A DNA stretch of 64,000 bases. It comes from Octopus sinensis. Taxonomy: Eukaryota. Where the stretch lies: assembly GCF_006345805.1 (NCBI RefSeq), contig NC_043009.1:54808001-54872000 (forward strand). The letters are read 5' to 3'. The notes beneath the pieces are model-generated. The model searched no databases. It saw only the letters and a program-made list of their open reading frames with translations, and was not told the DNA's origin. Position numbers and translations under genes: made by a program. How positions within the stretch are numbered: position 1 is the first letter of the stretch; each line of letters begins with the position of its first letter. Positions 40,901-50,949 of this stretch are shown here, in pieces.

Positions 40901-42127
40901 TGCCAGCACCGCCTCGACTGGCTTCTGTACCGGTGGCACATAAAACACCATCCGAACGTGGCCGATGCCAGCACGCACCGCCTCGACTGGCTTCTGTACC
41001 GGTGGCACATAAAAAGCAACCATCCGAACGTGGCCGATGCCAGCACCGCCCGCCTCGACTGGCTTCTGTAACCGGTGGCACATAAAAAGCACCATCCGAA
41101 CGTGGCCGATGCCAGCACCACCGCCTCGACTGGCTTCTGTACCGGTGGCACATAAAAAGCACCATCCGAACGTGGCCGATGCCAGCGCCGCCTCGACTGG
41201 CTTCTGTACCGGTGGCACATAAAAAGCACCATCCGAACGTGGCCGATGCCAGCGCCGCCTTGGCTGGCTTCCGTGCTGGTGGCATGTTAAAAGCACCAAC
41301 CGATCGTGGCCGATGCCAGCGCCGCCTCGACTGGCTTCTGTACCGGTGGCACTAAAAAGCACCATCCGAACGTGGCCGATGCCAGCGCCGCCTCGACTGG
41401 CTTCTGTACCGGTGGCACATAAAAAGCACCATCCGAACGTGGCCGATGCCAGCGCCGCCTTGGCTGGCTTCCGTGCTGGTGGCATGTTAAAAGCACCAAC
41501 CGATCGTGGCTGATGCCGGACTTCCCTGGCACCAGTGCAGGTGGCACATAAAATGCACCCACTACACTCGCGGAGTGGTTGGCGTTAGGAAGGGCATCCA
41601 GCTGTAGAAACACTGCCAGATCAGGCTGGAGCCTGGTGCAGCCCCTGGCTTCCCAGACCCCGGTCGAACCATCCAACCTGTGCTAGTGCGGAAAACGGAC
41701 GTTAAACGATGATGATGATGATGATTCTCATCATGTTTCCAGGTTGAACATATTTGACTTCTAATGTTCAATTCCCCAGTTTCTATTTCAGTAAGACATC
41801 TAAAGTTGGAGTGGGACAATGCAGTTTACAACTCTAAGCACTGTCAGCTCTGTGAAATGCAAAGCAAACCAACATTTATGCAGCTGCTCAACCTGTTTGA
41901 ATTATAGTAGCCAACCTCCTGCAATCTGTTCTTTATTGTCTTGAAACATTGGAGTGGAGTGATCAACATCACACAACACATGTGCAAGAATTCAGGTTGA
42001 ATAGTAATGGGAACCTTAATTAATTATATTTCTGTTATTTAAATATTGAGAAGTCTATGGGTACTGTTACCTCCCCTTTAGACAAAATGATCTTTTAAAA
42101 AGTTGTCAGAAAAAAATTACCAAAATG

Positions 42128-42161
<34 letters not shown>

Positions 42162-42731
42162 ATGTGTGTTTTGTTCTGTTCCAAATATTGGCAGGATAAA
42201 AAACAAAAAAAGACAATATAAACTACTCCCTCCTGTAAGAGATAAATATCATTTATTATACAAAGGATTTAAATTCAAGCTACCATAAGTTTCATGCTTT
42301 TGAAATACAATTGTCTGACCATTGTATTTTAGCATGTTGTGTATTTCCAAGCAGTCCAAGCATAGTTGTATGTTGTGTATTTCCAAGCAGTCATTCAGAC
42401 TACACACACACACACACATGTATATGAGTAAGTGGAAAGATGAAAGAGAGTGGCACTCAACATATCTAGTAGGAGATACATATACTTTTAAATAAGTTTG
42501 ACTCCGTCTCATATGACTTAGAGCTTCATGAGCATGCAAAGCTGAACTATTTCATTACATATTAGAAGAGAATGCTCTCTCTCTCTCTCTTTCCTTCACA
42601 CACATGCATACTTATTTTTTAAGATGCTAAAGTGCAATTTTTAAGCATTTGTCTACTATTTCAAGTATGCTGAATGACCACATAAGTACACTTACAGGGA
42701 TTTCAGAGGCTGGTGGTTTTCAGCTACCCCA

Positions 42732-42775
<44 letters not shown>

Positions 42776-45700
42776 CAATCAGGAAAAGATGATGATCTAC
42801 AGCCTCAGATGTATGACTATTTGTAAAGAAATACCAGTCAGCTTTAAAGACAAGATCCACTTCTATCTAAATTGTCAACTGACCAATCATATTGAAATTA
42901 TCTCTCTTGCTTATTGTTTTTTTAGATTTTATGCTTCCACTGAGAGAGTTCTTATTTTATACACCTGTAAAGTGAATTTTAATCCCAATTAAATCAAGAT
43001 TTTTCAATTCACTATATTACATATAATATACTGTACCATGTTTCATTTCATTTCATTTCAAACCAGTCAAGACTTGTACTATCACAATTATAGGTTTTTA
43101 ATTTGCTTTTTTTTTAAACTTATTTTTGGCATTGTTTTGCTTCAGTGCATTCTTCTTTGCCTTTAGTCAATATGAATGTTTTGTCGTATATTCATCCCTA
43201 GTTAGGTAACACTGGTAGAATATGCTTATGATCAAAAGATGTTTCTTATTTATCCCAGAGTTTAACACTGAATGAGTAGGCGTGTAATTGAAAGATGTTC
43301 CAGCCATGCCCATCACATTTTTCTTACTTAAGCATAATGTACGTAGGACTATATTATCCCATATGTCATCCTTTTTTTAAAAGATAGTAAAGTGGGATTT
43401 GGCAGTGAAAGGGAGAGAGAGAAAGATAGAGACCTGACCAATATTTCTAGCAGGGAAGTTGACCATATAATCATCATCATCGTTTAACGTCCGCTTTCCA
43501 TGCTAGCATGGGTTGGTCGATTTGACTGAGGTCTGGTGAACCAGATAGCAGTACTAGGCTCCAATCTTGATCTTGCAGAGCTTCTACAGCTGGATGCCCT
43601 TCCTAACGCCAACCACTCCGAGAGTGTAGTGGGCGCTTTGACATGCCAATGGCACGAGGGCCAGTCAGGTGGTACTGGCAACGGCCATGCCCAAATGGTG
43701 TTTTTTATTTTTTTATTAACTTTTATTAACTTTTCAATAGTGATGTTTTAGTAGTCAAAAAAAAAAAAAATAGAGAAAAAAAGCATTTGTGTACATGTGA
43801 GTGTATTAAAAGAATTAGCAATGTATGAGTTATCTGTAAACATGCACATATGTCTTAATGAGTATCACAGTAGTGATATTTGCTGTACCAAGGATGATTT
43901 ACCCTAAGTGGACCAAACAAATGGTTAACCTTTAGCCTTACCTTTGGTCGGGTGTCAACCACATACATAAATGATGACTCCGGGTTCGCTCTCAAAATGG
44001 CATTGAGCATCTGTTCATCTTCCACGCATCGAGCACTGAATCCAGCAAGTGGTTGACTGCATCGGCAGATAGCAGCCTAACAAAGAAAGAAGATAGATTG
44101 ATTTTTTTTAACTCAGCAAGAAATAGAAAATGATTGTCATATGTAATAGTAGTTTCAGGAAAACAGAAACAAAAACAAAAAAAAAAGAATAGGAAGAAAG
44201 GAAAATGCTTTTCAATCCATCTTTTTAACCCTTTAGCATTTAAACTGGGTTTATTCCATCCAAATATTCAAATGACCTGCTCTGGCCTCTCACATCAACC
44301 ATACAATGTCATTCTAAAATTAAACAATCACACTATCAATATCTTGAACCTACAAGACAATGCATACATGAACAAATACATAAATAAGCATTACATTTAA
44401 CAGAAGAATCTGAATGCTAAAGAGTGAAACATTCAAGAGAAAATATAGTTAAAAATGGTAAACAGGAATGAGTGTATTACTGCTAAACAATAATCAGTTA
44501 AAATAATTGGCAGTGTACCTCTATCTCTCTCTGTTTGTTCATTCTCAGAATGGGAGATAACCTTGATTGTACAGGATGTAACTTCCTTGGATTTTTTATA
44601 AAGCAACTAGAGTGTTACTTGTCAATATAGCAGGCTAATGTTAGGAATATACTTTTGCCACAGAGAATATTATTGGTATTGATAACATAAGTTATCCATC
44701 ATGTAATATAAAGCACTCTAGCTGAAAGATAATTATCAAAACACAGAGCCTGTCCTAACCAGACTATACTCATTATTAACCTGAGCCCAGTTTCGATGAG
44801 GTTATCAATCATGAGTAGACATTTCTTGTTCCACTACATTAAATATATTGGTTTCAAATTTTGGCACAAGGCCAACAATTTTGGGGGAGATGATTACGTC
44901 TACCCCAATCCTCTCTCCTCCTCTTCATCGTCGTTATCATTTAACAACCATTTTTTTCATGCTGGCATGGGTTGGACAGTTTGACCAGAGCTGGCAAGCT
45001 GGACATGGTTCCAGTCTGATTTGGCTTGGTTTCTATGGCTAGATGTGCTTCCTAACACCAACCACTGGGTGCTTTTTTATGTGGCCCTGACACAGATACT
45101 TTTTACAGGGCACCTGCACAGGTGTATTCACATGATGGGATCCTGAACAGTTTCTGTTCACCAAATTCTACTCCCAAGATATTGATCAGCCTGGGATTAT
45201 AACAAAAAACACTTCTTCAAGGTACAGTGTAGTGGGATTAAACTAAAAACTGTATTGTTGTGAAGCAAACTTTCTTAACTACACTACCACACCTGAGATT
45301 GTTTGGTGAGGTTACTGCTTAACAGTCACTAATGAATTAAAATTTCTTAGCTCATTACATCAAACCTGTTCAAAAATATTCTGGCTATGTTCATCTACTT
45401 TTATATGCTTTTTGTATACTTAAGACTATTTTATTTAATGTGCCCTTCTTTTTGTCTTTAAGACAACAGGATATGATTTGAAGGAGATTTGGTTGCTATT
45501 ATTAGCAGATTGACTAACCATGTGGTTTCAGGTTCAATCCTTCGGCAAGTGTCTTCTATTATAGCCCTGGTCTAACCAATGCCTTGTGAGTGAATTTCTT
45601 TGATGGAAACCGAGTGAAACCCTATTACACACACACACACGCATGTCCATGTTGTGTTTGTCCTCATGACCCACAACTTAACAGCCAGTGTTGGTTTGTT

Positions 45701-46484
45701 TACATCTGTGCAACTTAATGGTTCAGTAAAAAAGATAAATAAAATAACTACCAGACTTAAAAGCTAAGTACTAGGGTCAATTTGACTAAATCCTTCAAGG
45801 TGGGGTCCCAGCATGGTTGCAGTTCACTGATTGAAACAAGGAAAAGGTGGATCAAGATTTGAACTCATCTGGTTGGTGCCGAGTAAAATGTCTTAAAAAA
45901 CTGAAACTAGAAATTGCTTTGTTTTGTTTTAACTGTTGCCTGATGCCCCGATGTCTGAGAGGGAAAAAAGGAGATGGTTGGATGAAAACCCCATCACTTG
46001 AGACAGCAACTCTGTTTTATTCTTTTAAAATAGGTTCCTTATTTTTTTTATCTTTTACTAGGTTCAGTCATTGGACTGTGGCCTAGCTGGAGCCCCACTT
46101 CCAAGGGTTTTAGAGAAACAAATTGACTTCAGTACTTCAAATGATGTGGGGGGGAAAACACAAATGCACACATATGCACACATGATGGGACTCCCCTGTC
46201 AAAGATGATGTATGAGCATTCAGCTTTGCCAATCAGCCTGCACAAATGATTTATTTATAGTGATCAAATGTTCGTGCTGCACATTAGCTCACTCTTTCCT
46301 TCAAATCAACATTGCCTGAACTGGTTCATATTGTACCATGCATCAGGTGTTGAAGTGGCCACAGAGCAATGCGAGATGAAGTGTTTTGTTCAAGAACACA
46401 ATGCACCACCCAGTCTAGGAATTGAAATCATGATCTAGCGATTGTGAGTGTAACACCCTAACCACTAGGTTTTAAATATATATA

Positions 46485-46545
<61 letters not shown>

Positions 46546-47548
46546 CACACACACAATGGGACTCTGCTCAGTTTCCATCAACAAAATTCAATCACAAAGC
46601 ATTGGTTAGCTCAAGGGTATAGTAGAAGGCACTTGCTGAAAGTGCCACACAGTAGAACTGAACCCCAAATCACATGGTTGCAAAACAAGCAGCTTAACCA
46701 CACAGCCATACCTGCATCTACTTTTTTTTTCTTTTTTTTTTTTTTGTCTTTGTTGGCAAAAGCTAACTAGATTTCAATTGATTTCTATTACTGGACAGTA
46801 GACCTCACCAATCAATTAGATGACGGCAGAACTTGGCATCACCTCAGTGAATTAAAGAACCATCAAGATACTGATATTAGGTAAGATTACATCCATAAAT
46901 ACATTTGCATTATATATATAAATCATTGTAAAAGTTTTGATTTCAGGAATTAAAAGAGAACTAGGTTGGCCAAACAAATATAGTGCTTTTTGTTTACCAA
47001 AGTTATAATGCTGTAAGTCTCAATCAGATGAGAATTAAACAAGACAGATTATTTAGAAGTAGCTCATAAGACTTAAAGCTGACCAGAGTTTCTCTGGTCC
47101 TTGCTAAAATGATTAAAATATTATTAGTAATTGAAGCTAATGTTGTCTTCCGCCCACAGCATAATTGTTTAATTAGCTTTTTGCTGTTTGTAACATTAGA
47201 TATGTTTGAGGTAATTTAACTGAATTGACTACAGAGCAGACTAGAAGAAGATTAAATAATCTATACTGTTGCTCATATGAAGCATAAAACAAAAGTTTTC
47301 ATTCAATTAATCAGATACTGCATTGAGGGATGGTCTACGCAACTGCTTTATGCATTGGTGGATATTGAGAGATTAAACTGGCTATGGGCACAGGTGTGGC
47401 TGTGCGGTTAGGAAAATTGCTTTCCAAACACTTGGTTCCGAGTTCAGGCCTACTGTGTGGCACCTTGAGCAAGTGTCTTCTACTATAGCCCAGGGTCAAC
47501 AAAACCTTGCGAGTGGATTTGGTAAACAGAAACTGAAAGAATCCTATC

Positions 47549-47594
<46 letters not shown>

Positions 47595-47627
47595 ATGATA
47601 AGCTTCTTTCAGTTTCTGTTATATATA

Positions 47628-47661
<34 letters not shown>

Positions 47662-50600
47662 CTATATATACATATATAAATAATAATTATAATAATAATG
47701 ATCCATGAATGGAATTTATAAATATTGTAATGTATTGCTACATGCATTTCCACAAATCCATTATACATCCACTGTTTCCAATGTTAATATCCTATTGCCC
47801 GAAGAAATGAACAGATGAGCTATGAGCCACCCAATGTCAATAAATACTATGGACTGTATGGTAATCATCTCAGGAACACAGACTATGATCTTAAGAAACA
47901 TGTGATTTGTGGAAACGCGCATAGTAATGCATTAAAATATTTATACATTCCAACTATATTTATCCTACATTATATCGACCACAGCTTGGTGCAACCTCAA
48001 AAAAAAAAAAAAAACAGTTATTGCCAGTTGGTATCATTAGTCTGTAGCTGGCAAAATAAAACAGAAGCTTTTATATGCATATTCAAAATGTTTCCCATAA
48101 ACGAACTGAAAGAGTGTCTGTGTGTGTGTTACTGTTTCCTTGTTTTGACATCATGTAATTGTTATAAACAAGCATCACTGCCATACAAGTGTTGTTCTTC
48201 ATTATGAATCTGCAGTGGAAACATGTCTGACCATGGGGAAATATTACTTGGAAACAGGGAAGGGTTGGTGAAAGGAAGGGCATCTGACCATAGAAAATCT
48301 GCCTCGACAAATTCTGTCCAACCCATGTGAGCATGGAAAAAAGTCATGATAATGATGGTGGTAATTACCATTTGGATTTCCTCAAAGAAGATATCCTTAA
48401 GAAATCTCAGTTTTCAAGAACGACTTCATTAGAGACTTATAGAATTAGTTATGATGCTGATGGATGATTTAGTTGGATTTCTGTTAATCTTACATTTCTG
48501 AAACACACAAAACACAAAGGGCAAAGGTAGAATCTTGGCTGCTTAAAAGATCTTAACCCAGTTTCTTTGATCAAAAGCTTCTAACGTCAAGAGATTAATA
48601 ATGAAGTCATCATCACAACATCATCATCATTAAACAGCCACTTTTCCATGCTTGCAACGGTCAGACAGAACTTATTGAGGCAGATTTTCAACAACTAAAT
48701 GCCTTTCCTGTTATCAACCCTTACCAGTTTCCAAGTAAAAATAATATTTCCCCATATCCAGACATGCTTATTCTGGAAGACTGGAAATGAATAACCTTGA
48801 TTGCATAACAATATTGGTTAGACAAAGATACACACACACATTTTCCCCATAGCCAAACACATTTTTTATAGAAGTCTGGAAATGATTAACATTGCTTGCA
48901 TGCTGATGATGATGGCTGCTTACATTATGTGATGTCAAGACACAGGTACACACAAGCACAGACATGCACACACACACATGCATACATATTTGGCCAATAA
49001 CTGAACAAGTCAACATTTTATGTGTGTTTTTACTATGCATTCTTTTGTCATCTTTCTGTGCATATTTTACTCATGTATATCTATAATACATTAAAAGTTA
49101 GTTTGAATCTTGCTTGCTTGCTTGCTTGCTTGCAATGTTACCCAGCCAAACTGGCACACAATGGGAAAATACTATAAATTAAGTTTACTCTGAAATGTTA
49201 ATATGAACAGAACAAAACAAGTTTCATGTAAATCGGACAAGTAGTTTTAGAGGTATTAGAGGTTTGTGGGTATAAATACCCAAAACGGTGCATAATGGGA
49301 AAATATTCCGAAAATAATCTTGATCTTGAAAGGGAAGAAACTCTTATCTTGTGATTAGACAGTGACTTGACTACGAAAAACTACAGCGTTTTACAGCAAA
49401 TGTTTCTATTTTTGATTTTTAATCCTTTAGAAATATTTTTGAGTGAATGTGATTTCAAAACTGTAAGTTGTTTGTACAATAAGTATTTATATTTTAGCTT
49501 TCTTTAAACAGAATATCTTAATGTTTTTTTTAATTATTTTCAAGTGAATATCATTACAAAATTTTTTTTTGCATATTTAAAAAATATTTTAAAGTGAAAA
49601 TGACTTTAAAAATATGGTAAATATTTCATGAAAGACCCGTTCATAACCTCGGTGTTTTTTTTTAAAGCTATTTTGGAACACAATGAGAGCCATAGAACCA
49701 ATATGTTTTGTTAGATATCACAAAGGAATCAAGGAAATAGAGGTTTCTACATAACAGAACAGATGATTTACTACCACCATCATCACTATGGGAACAAAAA
49801 CAACTGCCGCCACCACCACCACCACTACCAATACTACTACTTACAACACTTATGGGAGCTGTAAACATTTTGAAAGTAAAAAATTCCAACAGGATGGTCT
49901 CCCCAATTTCAATAGGTTTAAAAAAAATTTTTTTTAGAACACAATGGGCACCACAAACCAAAGTGTTTGTTAGTTATCACAAAGAAATCATAAAAACTTC
50001 TGTTTCTACATAAAAAAAAATAATGGTAATCTACTGCTGCCAATGCAACCAGTTAATGATTATATGTTGTGACCATTACATTAGTGCTTGTAAAAAAACA
50101 GTAATTGGGAAAAATGCTAAACCAATTAACAGAAGGAACTATAATTAGATACATAAGGATTAATTAGTTTCTCCACCATGATTCTGTAGCTTAATTTTTA
50201 TATTAGTCTTTTACAAAGAACGTTCAATCACCGATAATCACTTTAAATGTAAAATGTTATCAGCAGAGAAATTCTGCACTTTTTTGGGGGGGGGTTGATA
50301 GAAACTGAGCTTTAAGTGAAAATCCTGAAAGAGAGCAATCATCATTTAACATCCATGTTCTATGCTGGTATGGAGTGGACAGTTAGATAAGATCTGCTAG
50401 GTCCAAGGACTGCATCATGTTCCAGCGTTTGTTTTTGGCATGTTTTTTACAGCTGGATTCCCTTCCTAAAGCCAGCCACTTCACAGTATGTACCGGGTGC
50501 TTTTTTCTTTCTTTTTTGGGTCACCATCACTAGCGAGATCACCATTCAGGTTACAAGGCCACGAACCCTAGGAGGCAACTTCAATGAGGAGTAAACAGGG

Positions 50601-50915
50601 ATGAAGTATGTGAGAAAATGGCCAGAACAGAATGAGTTTTTTTTGGGTTTTTTTTTTTGCTGTAGAGGAGCTATATGGCTTTTGTTAATTTTTTTATTTG
50701 TTTCAGTCAATTGACTGCAGCCGTGCTGGGGCACTGCTTTTAATCAAGCAAATCGACCCCAGAACTTATCCTTTGTAAGCCTAGTACTTATTCTATCAGT
50801 CGCTTTTGCTGAACCGCTAAGTTATGGGGACAAACACAGACACACATTCATACCCACACACGTATGTGTGTGTGTGTGTGTCTGTGTATGTATATATATA
50901 TATATATATATATAC

Positions 50916-50949
<34 letters not shown>

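Noticed and set aside
38576-41485. 969-aa and 809-aa ORFs as protein-coding genes
   Set aside because: They are translations of a 67-bp tandem unit, open in all frames, with frame-switching indels and no splice or domain evidence.
38638-41515. CRISPR-like array
   Set aside because: Units are contiguous and near-identical with no unique spacers, no cas genes are present, and the context is a eukaryotic intron.
49130-50300. Possible DNA transposon relic starting cccagccaaactggcacacaatggga
   Set aside because: No matching opposite terminal repeat or TSD found.
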